A stretch of 61,692 bases of DNA, the filler included, from Basidioascus undulatus (taxonomy: Eukaryota): the NCBI GenBank assembly GCA_000826855.1. It is 8 parts of 8 records of this genome, joined end to end, with 100 filler letters (N's around TTAATTAATTAA, not from the genome) between each part and the next. Parts side by side here need not be neighbours in the genome. Positions count along the whole stretch, not along the records: positions 23,209 to 30,835 come from JTLS01001516.1; positions 30,936 to 38,562 come from JTLS01001517.1; 6 more parts are not named here. One strand, written 5' to 3'. The notes under the pieces were generated by a model. The model did no database searches. It had not been told where the DNA came from and saw nothing but the letters and a program-made list of their open reading frames with translations. Below are positions 26,514 through 38,662 of this stretch, one piece after another (the stretch's first letter is position 1; each line of letters opens with the position of its first letter). The translations under genes and the position numbers were made by a program.

Positions 26514-29185
26514 ATGGCGGACCTCAAGAAGCTCGACGTGTTGATGGGTAGGCCGCAGTCAGCACGTCGACGTCCGTACGTTTCTGACAAGGGCATGTTC
26601 TCCATGCAGTTGGAACTGGTAAGCCCCAACTTTTCAGGTTTCCATTATTCTGTGAAGCTGAAGATATTTTCCGAACAGGCGAGTACACGACTGGGTGGGT
26701 TGGCACGGGTGCGTCGAAGTCCGACAAGTCCAAAGGTGTTGGTTCGTTCCCTTCCTTTTGCACCCACAAGTTCTCAGGCAGAATAGAATTGACGCTCTTA
26801 CTCAAAAATATGCAGTGGGGCTCGTCTGCTTCGACCTGCGGAGGAGAGGCAAGCTGGGGAACCTCTCCATGGTCGGGGTGTCCGGAAAGAAATTCCCTGC
26901 GTACGTATATGATCATGCTCTCCAGCCATGGATCTTGAAGAGACTTATATAGGAGCCATTCACTTCACAACAAGTATCCGCGAGCACCTCAAAAGTGCGA
27001 TCACCGAGGTCTACAACGGCCTTGACACGTCGTTCGAGTCTTTCCCGGCGGACGACAAGGTTGACCCGGAAGCCTACAAGGTGACGCCCCATTGCTGAAG
27101 TCTTTTCAATCTCAAGTGCTTTGCTCAGGTATCTCAACAGGCTGCTATCGACGTCCTCGCTCCGGGCTCCGCCATCATCGTCTTGTGCGCCCGCACCCAG
27201 GCTCCTTCCATAGTACCTCACAGCTAATTTTATCATACTTCACACTAGCACCCCGGACTCCACCCACTATGACATTACGAAGTATGCGCTCGAGCGTAAG
27301 CTGCATGTGAGCAGCCTCTACACATGCAGACGCATAGGAATGGCATGATCTGATCTGACCTGTGTCTGCGCCGCCAGGTCATGGTAACGAAGCCGGCTGT
27401 GCAGCGCTTGGAACATCACCAGTGAGCATCTCGGTCTGGTCCTTTAGGCGGGAATGATGGTCTAATCTCACTCGGACAGGGAGCTGGTGGACTTGGCGAA
27501 GGCCAACGGCGTTGTTTGCTTTGTCGAGCACCACAAGCGGTAAGCTCCAAGCAGCTGGGGGTTCCGAAGTTTTCTTTTCGCTTAGGGTGTACTTGTTCGC
27601 AGTTACGACCCCGCCTACAGCGACGCGAAGCTCAAGAGCGCGTCGCTCGGCGACGTACGCATTCCTGCTCGTCCTCCGCCGGCATGCAAGCAACTTACCC
27701 CATGCTGCTTCCCAGTTCAACTTCTGGACATCGTACATGTCGCAGCCCAAGTTCCAGCTACAGTCATTCGCTGCCTGGGCAGGGAAAGACTCCGACATCT
27801 CCTGTGCGCAAATGTATTCCTTTGCACTCGCGTGCTAGTACTGACTACCGCCTGCTACCGACGCACAGACTACCTCAACTCTCACCACGTGGACATGTGC
27901 GTGTACCGGAGCATCGCAGTCATGAATACTAACCGGGGAAGCCATATGCAGTCACGCTTGGGTGAGCTGCCAGCCTGGCTCGACGCTGCTGAACGCGCTT
28001 TGCTGATTCAACTTCGCAAACTGTGCAGTATGTGGACGGCAAGTACGTCCCGACGAAGGCAAGCTTTTTCGGTTTCGACCTGTGTGGTCTTCGACGCTAA
28101 ATGATCAAATAATTGACCATCTAATTTGCCGTAGGTCACCGCTGCCGCTTCGGCCGGTATCGCGACTGCGGACCCGTACAACTGTGTCGAGGGCACGGAA
28201 GACACGTACGTCGTTCTCGGCTCCATCTTCCAGTATTCGAAAATGTGAACGTAAACTGACTCCGAGCGGTACAGCATCTCTCTGCTGGTCGAGTGGCAGA
28301 ACGTGTTTGACCCGAGCAAGAAGGGCGTCGCTGTGCGTTTCGCTGCGTCTTCCGTCGCCACGTAGACGTCCTTGCTAACCTCGAGTGGTTTCGCTAGAGC
28401 TACACCTCCTCGTACGATGACCATTTCTCTTTCCAATTAAAGCTGTCACGTGTCTGATGCGCGTCTCCTTGTCAGCTGGGTCGCGGCGGAGAAGGCCGGC
28501 GTGCACAGCGAGCAGAATTTCCGTCCGTCCCCTCTTCGCTCTGAGGGTTAGCCTCTACCTCTCGCTAACATGTACGATAATTTGGCGCCAGATTACCTCG
28601 GCTCGAAGGGCGACATTAAAGTGGACCAAGCGAGGAGGTATGACTGTCTGTTCCTCCTGACTGCGCTCTTGCTTTGTGTTCCTCCTCACTGCGCTCATGC
28701 TGTCGGACTGACAAAGCTTGCTTTTTAGAGGATACACCGTCACCCCTGATGAGAAGGGTTTAACGTTTTTGAATCCCTTCTACATGAGTAGGTGGCGTTT
28801 ACGTTTGAGAACCCGATGCATGGGTCACGGACTGACAAGCATGTACTTTGCTTCATCCCAGAGTACAGCCCCGACGAGGAGGGCAACTTTGACGGACAGA
28901 AGGGCTACGGCTATGTATCGTTCGGTAAGGGGACCCTTCGCTGTTCAATGCGCACCCACGCTGAGGAAGTACCGCTGCTGTGCCTACACAGAGAAATTCG
29001 TCGACGCAGCGCGTGCCGTGAACGCCGGCACGCTCGCGCCCGACGCGTTCGACAAGCGCGGCCTGCCCACGATCGCAAACACGGTCATCACCACCGCGAT
29101 TCTTGATGCCGGCCGCAAGTCGCTCGACGAAAAGCGGAGCGTGCTGATCAAGCCTGCGGGCGAGGGGAAGTGGAAGCTGGAGTGA
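26514..29185 (+). CDS. gaaA: GaaA-type D-galacturonate reductase (Gfo/Idh/MocA family), about 22 exons
   Basis: VLMVGTGEYTTG, GVVGLVCFDLRRRGK, VYNGLDTSF, TPDSTHY, TKPA, EHHKRYDPAYSDA, SYMSQPK..WAGKDSDISYYLNSHHVD, AGVHS, NPFYMKYSPDEEGNFDGQKGYGYVSFEKF and TTAILDAGRKSLDEKRSV. Colinear with Aspergillus niger GaaA as recalled. Confidence 0.9.
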
Positions 29186-29407
29186 ATGGGGGGTGTGCGG
29201 GGTGTGTTGGGGGGGAAGGGGTTGTGCTGTGGTTTGCGAATGTCGGAACTGCGAATGAACACGGGTGACTGAAATGGGGGCTGGACTGCGTCTGCTTGTG
29301 CTTGCGAGCACACCTGTGCAGCGCGCAGATACCAAGACACTGCAGCCGAAACACACCGAAGAGAAGCACACAGACACGCCGCAGTAGATATCAAAGTGGT
29401 GGGTGCT

Positions 29408-30835
29408 TCATGCAGATCGTGCTCCGGTGTCTCCTCCAGCCTCCGAGCTCTCCAGCTCCTCCTTACCCCCCAACCCATCATGCGGCTCCAGCTGCCCCTC
29501 CTCCACCAAACCCTCCTCCAACCGCGACCCCTCTGCAGCGTTGCCTACCAAGTCCCACTCCTCCACAAACACGCCCAAATCCCTAAACAGCCTCTGCGCC
29601 TGTCCCTCCTCGCCTTCGGCAAAGAACTCGCGCGCGGCCTCCTCGCTCCTCCGCTGACTGCGGTTGCTCCTCTTCCCCGCCGCGTCGACCTCCTCCGCCG
29701 GGGCGTCCGACCCCCGAACAAACGTAACGAACGTCCCGTCGCGCTGGCCGAGCCGGCCTACGCGCCCGGAGATGTGCTTATACTGGACTGGGTCGGGCGG
29801 CAGGCCGGCCAGGAAGACGTGCGAGAGGGCGGGGAGGTCCAGCCCGCGGACCTGCGTCGTGTGCGTCACGTAGAGCACCGCGTCGTCGCTGTCCTGCGCC
29901 CCTTCCTCGGCGGACGGGACGCCGGGCAACTCGTCCAGCGCCTTAGCGGGGACGGCGAGCTCGCGGAGGTAGGCGCACGTCCGCCGGAGGGACGCCCCGG
30001 GCGGGATGACGAGGAGGGATGCTGGCGGTGCCGCAACGGCCCAGGCAGCCGCAATCGCCTCAAAAAGGTTCTCGTCCTCGTCGACGGGCGGGAGGCGCTT
30101 CGGGCGCGCATGGCGCGCCGGGAGGGGCATGCGCTTGTCGTCCTCGCGCTTTCGGCGCTCTCCCGCACCCTTCATGTTCCGCACACTCCCGTCCGGAGCG
30201 ACGACGACACACGCGTGTGTGACCCTCCCACGGGCCTCGCGGCGCACGGCCTCCGCGTCCAGGAACACGGCGGCCTTGCTCGCGTACGCGCGCTCGACGC
30301 GGAGGTACCCCCGCAGCGGGGCGTTGAGCGTCGCGCTCGCGGCGAGGAACTGGAGCTTCTTGTCGCGCTCGCTGAACACGCGGTCGAGCACGTCCTGCAC
30401 CGCGGGAGCGTGCGCGTGCCGGGCTTGCTTGTAGGTGGTGTACCGTCCGCTGTTGGGGAGGCCCACGAGTGCATCCGCCTCGTCCAGGGCGACGGTGCGG
30501 AGGTGCGCGAGCCGCAGGCGCGTGAGGGCCGGGTCGGCGCGGAAGAGGTCGAGGAACCCGTTGGGCGTCCCGAGCAGGAGGCGCGGCTTGGTGCGCCGGA
30601 GAAGGGCGATTTGGGAGGAGAGCTTGTGGGTGGGGGAGCGGTAGAAGGTTTGGGCGAGGGTGGACAGCGGCGTGTGCGGGAAGAGACGTGTGAGCCAAGC
30701 GAGGTATTGGTTCAGGAGGGGCGTGTGCGGGACGAGGAGGAGCACGGTGGCGGAGGGCGAGGAGTGTGCGTCGGCGTTGAGGGGGGTGGTCCGAGTGAAA
30801 GGAAGGTGGTCGAGTGAAAGGAAGCGAACGCAGCC
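29408..30835 (-). CDS. Divergent DEAD-box RNA helicase-like protein; 5' end cut by contig end
   Basis: ORF of at least 445 aa with GTP (Ib-like), LDEAD (II), SAT (III), RGLDLP (V) and YKHISGRVGR (VI). Confidence 0.85.
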   Translation of the reverse strand, partial: GCVRFLSLDHLPFTRTTPLNADAHSSPSATVLLLVPHTPLLNQYLAWLTRLFPHTPLSTLAQTFYRSPTHKLSSQIALLRRTKPRLLLGTPNGFLDLFRADPALTRLRLAHLRTVALDEADALVGLPNSGRYTTYKQARHAHAPAVQDVLDRVFSERDKKLQFLAASATLNAPLRGYLRVERAYASKAAVFLDAEAVRREARGRVTHACVVVAPDGSVRNMKGAGERRKREDDKRMPLPARHARPKRLPPVDEDENLFEAIAAAWAVAAPPASLLVIPPGASLRRTCAYLRELAVPAKALDELPGVPSAEEGAQDSDDAVLYVTHTTQVRGLDLPALSHVFLAGLPPDPVQYKHISGRVGRLGQRDGTFVTFVRGSDAPAEEVDAAGKRSNRSQRRSEEAAREFFAEGEEGQAQRLFRDLGVFVEEWDLVGNAAEGSRLEEGLVEEGQLEPHDGLGGKEELESSEAGGDTGARSA

Positions 30836-31848
30836 NNNNNNNNNNNNNNNNNNNNNNNNNNNNNNNNNNNNNNNNNNNNTTAATTAATTAANNNNNNNNN
30901 NNNNNNNNNNNNNNNNNNNNNNNNNNNNNNNNNNNGTAGCGATAGACGACGGGCTGAGGCGCTTGTACTCCTCGCGCTCTAGGAGGGAGATCAAGGCGGG
31001 ATCCATACTTCGAGTTGGGTATTAAGGGCGGCTAGGTATATAAAATTGAGAGACGGAAGAGATGGAGGGATGGAGGGATGGAGAGAGGAACGAAGGAGGG
31101 GAGGGCAGAGAGATGGGAAGGGAGGCTGAGCCGTCTCTGTTATGAGCACGCCTCCTTGTAAGTAGCTCAGAAAAAGGGAAGGCTTGAACGATTCTATGAT
31201 ACTCTGCGCCGCCCCCCCATGTGACATCAGTCCGGAAAGAGACACAGATAAACATGGGACGGTTGGACGTTGGAATGGGGAGAGGGGTGTTTACTGAATG
31301 CCAGCGACAGATGTTCCTTGAAAGGCTGTTCTGCTTTTGGTCGGGACCGCGCGGGGTCCCTCAACCACGGCTGTACGCGGCCTGCAGCTTGTTATTTGGA
31401 GAGGATTACATGGGAAGATTCAGAGAAAAACATGCTCTTGTATTGCGCGATAGCGCGTGGGATGCGCTCTCAGCTGGGATGCGGCAGGCAGCCTTCGGAG
31501 AAATGGCATGGCATCGCGAGTCCATTCAGCCGTCCATGTCCGGTCACTGTCAAAGAAATCAAAGAAAATCACTCGCCTCCAGTCTTCTAGTTATATTCTT
31601 GGAGATTCTCAACAAAGATTCAGCAATTCGCTTTTCCGCAAGGAGAGTGCAGCCTGGGCGTTGTGCGGCGAAACTTAACAACAGACAGAACCCGGCCAAA
31701 GTTCCCATTCCGTCCCACTCGACTATTTCTTCCTTTTGAACGATTCCTTCTAAAATAGGGAGATGTGCCACAGCTGACAGACACATTGTCCCGATAAATC
31801 AATGAAGATGCGTGCGAGCCCGCACGACAAACGCAGCGACCTTAACGC

Positions 31849-32803
31849 TCACACCCTGACAAAGTCCACCCTCGCGCGATCCCACACGCCGTGCTCCACA
31901 TGCTCCCCCTTGACGACCTTCAGCCTTGCGCGGTCTACGGCGTGCACGCTGATCTTTGCGAACGTCCCCGCGGACTGCGCCTTCGTTGAGAAGCCCGAGT
32001 TGATGACGAGCGTGTAGTTGACGACCTGCGCCGTTACCATTGTCAGCCCTAAGTGAATAAGAATGGGGGTAGGGAGTGAGAGTTGGGTTGACGGACCTTC
32101 GCGAGTGCTTGAGCATGCTCGGGAGGACGAGCACGTCCGGCACGACGTCGCCGGCGAACTTGAGGAGGTGCTGGTGCGTGAGGTCGAGGTTGAGGTCCGG
32201 AGCCGACTCCTTCGGTGCGGGAAAGATCGGGTAGAAAACTGCGAGCGAACGAGCTTCATGAGTAATCGAGACTGGCGGCGATGAGAGCCATTGAGAGAGA
32301 CCGCAGGCGCACCTCTGCTGGCCGAGGACATGCCGGCACAGCATCGCCATGGAGTCCTTCGGCGGCGCGGGCTCCGACCTCGGCTCAGCTTCCGCAGCCT
32401 TTTTGAAGAACTCTTCCTTGCGCAGGTGGAAGAGGACGTCGAGGGTAGATACGCTGAAGGAATACCGCCGGGTTAGGGAGGAGCTTGCAGCGCTGTTTAC
32501 CCCATCCAAACTGCATCTTCAGTCCATGACCGCGGCGCGCTGAGTAAAGTTAAAAGAGGAAGTACCTTCTGCGGCGGCAGTCCGAGCTCCTCGTCGCGCT
32601 GGAGCTGACTTTGCGGGAACGCGACGTACGCCGAGATCAGGTCCCGCACGCTGGGGATGAGGATGGCCGTCGTGCCCCGCGCGGAACCGAGCGTTTCGGC
32701 CAATAGTCGACAGACGCGCGTCCGGAAGGTCTCCGAGGGAGTTTGGTCGACGTCGCCGGCCTTGATGAGGGGGTGGGAGGCGTCGACGAACGGTCCGAGC
32801 TGC
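31849..32803 (-). pseudogene. POL12: Frameshifted C-terminal fragment of DNA polymerase alpha subunit B
   Basis: LGPFVDASHPLIK, ILIPSVRD..AFPQ, RCKLLPNPAVF, DVLFHLRKEE, LCRHVLGQQ..FYPIFP, PDVLVLPSMLKH and LVINSG. At least three frame lesions, and no N-terminal exons seen. Confidence 0.85.
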
Positions 32804-33783
32804 GACGAGCAGGGAAGATCTCGGCTCCAGGGACGGTCGTGTTCCGTGCCCCGGCGGACAAGCAGAGCAATTCAGAAGCTGGACGTTGACCACCACCTCT
32901 CCCGCGACGGGTGATAACAGTGTAGTGCAAGGCCTTGATCTATATCATGGGCAAGCATGCACGGCTTGTGCAGTGTGTGTTGCGTCGGAAGTCTGCATCG
33001 AAGTCCTAGGTAAACTGGGTACCTTCAAAGTGGTTCCCGAGAACTGTTGGGCTGCCAGTCCACCGAGTCATTTCAGTTGATTTCCGGAGGCCTGTTTTTA
33101 TGTTCTTTCGACAGAGGAAGCGCTCCGCGACACTCAGACTGGCTCTCCATGGCGTTCCGCGACTGTGTTTCGCCAGGTTGACTCGCTGACAGGCCTTATC
33201 GGTGCTCTCCCGCAGAGCCAGAACGAAGATACACTGGGACGCGCATTTCTTATAAAGATGTTGCGCAAACAAGGTAATCTATTTGAAGGGTGCAGCGTAG
33301 GGTGGACCGCGTCTAGCCGGGGCGCAGTCTCGCTGAGCTGCTGCGTCCCCCCTCAGCAGCAGCATTCTTGATTGCCCGCCCCGAAAAGACTTGCTCTGAA
33401 TGCCAGCATAAATACGATGTTCCACTTTATATTGCTTGGGCGACCCTATAATCAGCCAAGTTTTATTACCATCTCAATGGTTTGTGGTGCATGCACGCAA
33501 CAATAATTACGCAGCATTAAAAGTCGCTCTGTTCTACATGTCCTCACACAAGCTCGCTCCGCGCAACCCGGCCTACCAACTCGCGCTTCCAATTCTCAGG
33601 CCTGAACGTCAACGTGTGGGCACCGTCTCGCTAAGGGTAATATAGATCTCGTAAGGCGCTGCGCCCTAAGTAGGCCTGACAATGTCCCGCAATGCCGGCC
33701 CTATGGTTAGTAATTCAAGCGAACGATCCAAGCTCAGAAATAATCACCATCAAATGCGAGAGGAGGCTCACGTAACTAGGACG

Positions 33784-34452
33784 TCAACCACTCCAATCCA
33801 TATCCGCCGAGCCGGCCTCCTCCTCCTTCCTATCGCTGCGCATAGACTGCACGAGCTCCGGGTGGGCCCGCTCCAGCTCGTCGAAACGGTATACGCCCAT
33901 CCACTCCGGGTCCACAGTGAACCTGCGCTCGATCGGGAGGCTCGCGTCCGAATTCCAGGTGAGCGAGAGGCGGAGGAGCGAGGTCTCGACCACGCGTGCG
34001 CGTCGGTTGGCGGGGAGGTCAAGCCGCAGCGCGGCGAACGCGACTTGCATGATGAGCGCATAGTGCTTCTTGCAGAAGCGCCGGCCGGATGTCGTTCAAC
34101 TCTGCGACTGGCGAGGGACGGCCGTTCGCTGCTGGGAGACGCGCTTGATGCTTCAGCTCCCGGTCGGCGACATGTTGCCTTGTGCGCACGCCAGTCCATT
34201 CGGCCCCCTGGCAGGCCCGACTCTGTGAATAAGAGATGTGTTATTCGACCACACTAAGACTCTGTTCAGTGGACAAATGTTCCGTACACAACAGCTAACA
34301 TACCTAGCCTGTTGTCGATGCGCTTGTATGTGGTCAGGATCGTCTCGAGGAGAGCCAACGAGTCAAACGAGAAGACTTGCCGCAAGAACCGCAGAAAGAC
34401 ACCTTCACGCCGTCAGGGAGACTCTTGAAGCAACTAATACATGTGTTTAAGA
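33784..34452 (-). pseudogene. MYND-type zinc-finger gene, probably degenerate; limits approximate
   Basis: Pieces CISCFKSLPDGVKVSFCGSC, KRIDNRL, SRACQ and DWRAHKATC. SRACQ and DWRAHK are in different frames. Confidence 0.5.
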
Positions 34453-34862
34453 CTGTGGGTAGGCGTCCCAGGCATGATAGCACGTTGCAAAGCATGGCTG
34501 CAAAGAAAGGAAATTGGGGAACGGAGACATGGCGTCGCGCGAAATGCTTGTTCAGCGAACCTGGCTATCGAACAACCACGACAGCCGCAACAGCTTAGAT
34601 GTCGACGCCAGATCAATCGGAGAGAGGTATAGTAGAGCAAAATTCTCATATTTTTTTAGTGAGAAACCAATGACCTGACGTTGCAGTGGGTCTCTGCCGC
34701 TGCGCTGCGTGAACGCTGCCGTGAACACCGCACGTGGTCCGGCGCGTCTCTCCGTTGACCTCACCTTCTCGCGTCGAAAGACGCACGCCTCTCTCCGAAG
34801 TAAGGAAAGAGATCTGGATATCCAATATACTCTCTATTCCACAACATTCGTACTGGGCTGCC

Positions 34863-37800
34863 ATGCCCGACTCGCACAGCCGACGGCGGCTCCTCTCGCT
34901 CTCACTGCTCTCGCTCCTCCTCGCCGCACCCGCACCCTCCGCGGCCTCCCTCTTCTCCTTCAACCAGAAGCGTTTCACCGGGGACGGGCTCATAGATGCC
35001 GGATCTTTGGGAGTTAGTGGGCGGGTGGCAGCACTGGGAGACTTGAATGGGGACCAGTTGTACGTCCCTATATTGAAAGGTAGTCCATCGCGGCGAGGGA
35101 AGGCTGATCTGGCGGAATCCCTCGATCAGCCTGGACGTTTTTGCGCTGTCAGAAGATCAGCATACTTTTACACCTTACTTGTGGGATCACAGTGCGCTTT
35201 TTCTCCCTTTCCGAGTCTTCAGGCCAATGCAGGCCATTGACGTCGTCGTTCGCCCATCACCCAGAGGACTTCACCTTCCGCCCCCTCGCCTCCTTCTCCA
35301 CCCCCTTCCAGATCACCTCCCTCGTCCCCGGGGACTTCAACCATGACGGGCGTCTAGACCTCCTCGTGCTCGGCTCGACGCGACTGACGGCTAAGGCGGA
35401 TGAGGAGGTCCAGATGTGGGTGTACAAAGGCACACCACATGGCGGGCTCGGTGCGTGTGGCTCACCTCTGGGAGTAGTATAGGACCGGACTGATGCTCCT
35501 GTGAAAAATGCACAGACCGTCCTCCTATTGAGCTCCCCTCCTCCACGGCCGGACAACCAACCCTCTTCGACGCGAACGGAGACTTCACGACAGACCTCCT
35601 CGCGTACCCCTACTCCTCCTCTTCCTCCTCGCCCAAGCTCAAGCTCTGGCAGAACACCCGGAACGCAACCTCGCTGTTCTCAGTGTGCGTCCGGGCTCCT
35701 CAGACTCGCAGCTGAGTTTCAACACTGATCGGAGCGTTCTTGGCGCTGCAGCACCGATGCGCCCTTCACCAACGCCGAGCCGTGCCAGCTGGCACATCCG
35801 CACTCCAATGCGTTCATCGATCTCGACGGTGACTGTCTTGCCGGTACGTCGGTCTCTCTTCACCTTCTCCAAGCTTCCGCCCCCGCTCCCGACACCTCTC
35901 CCCTGCGTCCTCGTACTTTCATGCGCTAACGCCCTGCTCCGGCGCACGCTCTGCCCTATTCATCTTCTGAAGACCTCTTCTTCGTCTGCGCCCCCTTGCG
36001 CGGCTCATCCCAAAACCGCTACCAAATTTGGCTTAACCGCAAGTCCTCCGGCTTCCGACTGCACTCTTCCGGCGTCCTCCCCAAAGGCGCCGGCCAAATC
36101 TCGTTCGCGGACTTCGGTGAGCGCGCGTGCCTCCTGTCCCCCCCTTTCTTTCTTCTCTTTAGCATCCCGCCGTCTCCGAAATTGATGCCGCATCGCCCAA
36201 CTGGACCATCAGTTAACTGACCGCCCTCCTCCCATGCCGCCAGACCGCGACGGCACGACGGACCTGATCTTCCCGACGTGCGCGCACGTCGATTCGAGCA
36301 CGGGCGACGGCAAGGACTGCTCCATCAACATCGCGTACAACCGCCAGGTCCCGCTCTGCGACGACGACAACGCGTTCCGCGGGCTCGCCGGCGAGAAGGC
36401 GGGCGAGTGCCGCCCGCCGGACGCGCTGTGCTTGGCCGATGAGAAGTTCAGGATTTCGTTCGAGGAGGGGCCTGTGCGTCGGCCCTCCTTCCACCATTCC
36501 TTCCATTCACCACTTCGCGATCATGCTTGTCTTGTTCCTGACGAGGACCATTTCATCCGGTACACAGGATTTTGTCCGCCTCCCGCTCGGCCCGCTCCTC
36601 CCCGCGCACTCGCACTCGCTCCGCATGCTCGACACGTCCTTCACGCCCGCGCTCCCCGTCCCGCTCCGGCTCGGCGACTACAACCACGACGGCTACCCGG
36701 ACGTCCTTGCGCTCGTCGCGCTCGAGCCCGCGCCAGGAGGGCTGTTCGGCCTCGGCGGGGGCGCGCAGCGCACGGGCGTCGTCCTGCTCGAGAGCCGCGA
36801 GGCTGGGAGGGCGTTGGAACGCCTGGAGGGGAAGGGCACGAAGGCGCTGGCGGCGGTCGAGGATGCAAGGAGCGCGAGCTTCGTTGATTTGGACGAGGAT
36901 GTGAGTTTGAGGGAAGGAGGAAGAGAGCGGGGACGAAAGGGTTGCTGACGCTGTGTGTGGTTGGGGAAATAGGGCACGCTCGATATTATGGTGCAGCGTG
37001 CAGGCGCGGACGGCGGCCCGAAGGTCACCTTCCTTCAGAACAACTTCTTCCACGACGCGTTCTTCCTCAAGACTCTGCGTGCGTGTTATTTCATTCCGTC
37101 CTTTTCCCGCTGCCTTGTCCTTCGTCATTCCAAAAGAAAAAGAGGCTGACTCGGGAGCTGGCTGCGCGCGGAAACGGCAGTGCTGAACGGCGCGTGCATT
37201 GGCTGGTGCTATCCCTCCAATAGCAGTGAGCCCCGGTACAAGGCACGTTGTTTGTTGATTCAGAATTTGCATCACTGTATTGCTGACGTGGGACGAGGAC
37301 GAACAACAGCCCTTCGGCGTCAGCTACCCCGGCGCGTCATACAAGTTCACTATTCTCGACACGGCCGGAAAGCGTAAAGCGACTGAAAGTACGCCGGCGT
37401 GTTCTGTCTTCCTCACCTTCCTTCCCACAATCCGTCTGTGCGGCACCCTGAGCCCCTTCAAACGGTACCGTGTTCCCTTCTCGCAGTCGGCCAGCTCCCC
37501 CAAACCTCCTACCACTCCCTGCAAACGCCATATGCGTTCTTCGGCCTGGGCCGAACAAACAACTACGTCGAGAACCTCTTCGTGGGGTCGACCTCGCATG
37601 CCAAGACGCACTGCACCAACTTCGAGGGTATCATCCCCAACTCGCAGGTCATCATCACGCCCCCGCCCGCGAACAAGCCCGACGCCGCGGGAGAGTGGCA
37701 CAAGGAGCTGTACCTCCACCCGGGCGACTGGATCCCGTGGGTCACGCTCGTCGTCGTCGTTGCTTCTGGGCTTCTGGCGGTGGTGGTGCTGGTGCTGCAC

Positions 37801-37949
37801 TTGAATGAGAAGGTGTGTTGCAAGCGACGGAGAGACGGCGGGAACCTGCATGAAGGGTCGCTGACTTGTCGATGAGGCCGGGATGACAGAGGGAAGACGA
37901 GCGCGAGCGGAAACGCGCAAACTTGCATATCAACTTCCAGGCGTTGTAA
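34863..37949 (+). CDS. ITFG1: ITFG1/LINKIN (T-cell immunomodulatory protein TIP) homolog; FG-GAP repeat type I membrane protein
   Basis: Signal peptide; repeats GDLNGD, GDFNHDGRLD, DANGD, DLDGDCL and GDYNHDGYPD; PQTSYHSLQTPYAFFGLGRTNNYVE; IIPNSQVII; TM helix; tail LHLNEK/REDERERKRANLHINFQAL*. Confidence 0.93.
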
Positions 37950-38662
37950 TGCGTTGTATCGATCTATACCGTTTGCGAGACATAGCGTGGAGTGGCTCTT
38001 CACAGAGCTGTGCATTGCTGGCTCAACTGCGATCATCGCGCTGTGCGTCCAACGACTCCATCGGGTTTGATGGATGTGGGATGTTCTCGGAAAGGCACAA
38101 GGGGTAAGTTTGCTGACAGGCTCGGTCGGCAGTGAATGTCGTTCACGCAAGGGCAGCAACCGTGGTGTATGTTTTGAAAACCTTCACTCGATATAGGCGC
38201 CGCTTGCGCTCATAATTGACCAAAACATTATATGAAGGACGGGTGAACGGAGAACGGCAGCCGCAGTCAAGGGAAATTATCTCAGAAGACCGTGAGCGCT
38301 TCGAACATGATCGTGACAAAAAGAATAGGGGGTAGGGATCGAGGCAGTGGAGATGTCGGGGGGTGGGTATATCGCAAAGACGTAAATAGCCGGGGGGTAG
38401 GTATATTTGGAGAGCTAAATAGAATCTGTAAAGGGAAGATAGGGGGTGAAGTGATGTACGTATTGCGAAGCACGAAACGTAGTCGTTGACTCTTCGGCGA
38501 CCATCCGGTGCATCGGGACATTATCTACTTCGGATCGATCTTGAGGAAGTCGATCGCCTGGANNNNNNNNNNNNNNNNNNNNNNNNNNNNNNNNNNNNNN
38601 NNNNNNTTAATTAATTAANNNNNNNNNNNNNNNNNNNNNNNNNNNNNNNNNNNNNNNNNNNN

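Noticed and set aside
29396..30817. 473-aa plus-strand ORF
   Set aside because: Antisense shadow of the GC-rich DEAD-box gene; no recognisable motifs.
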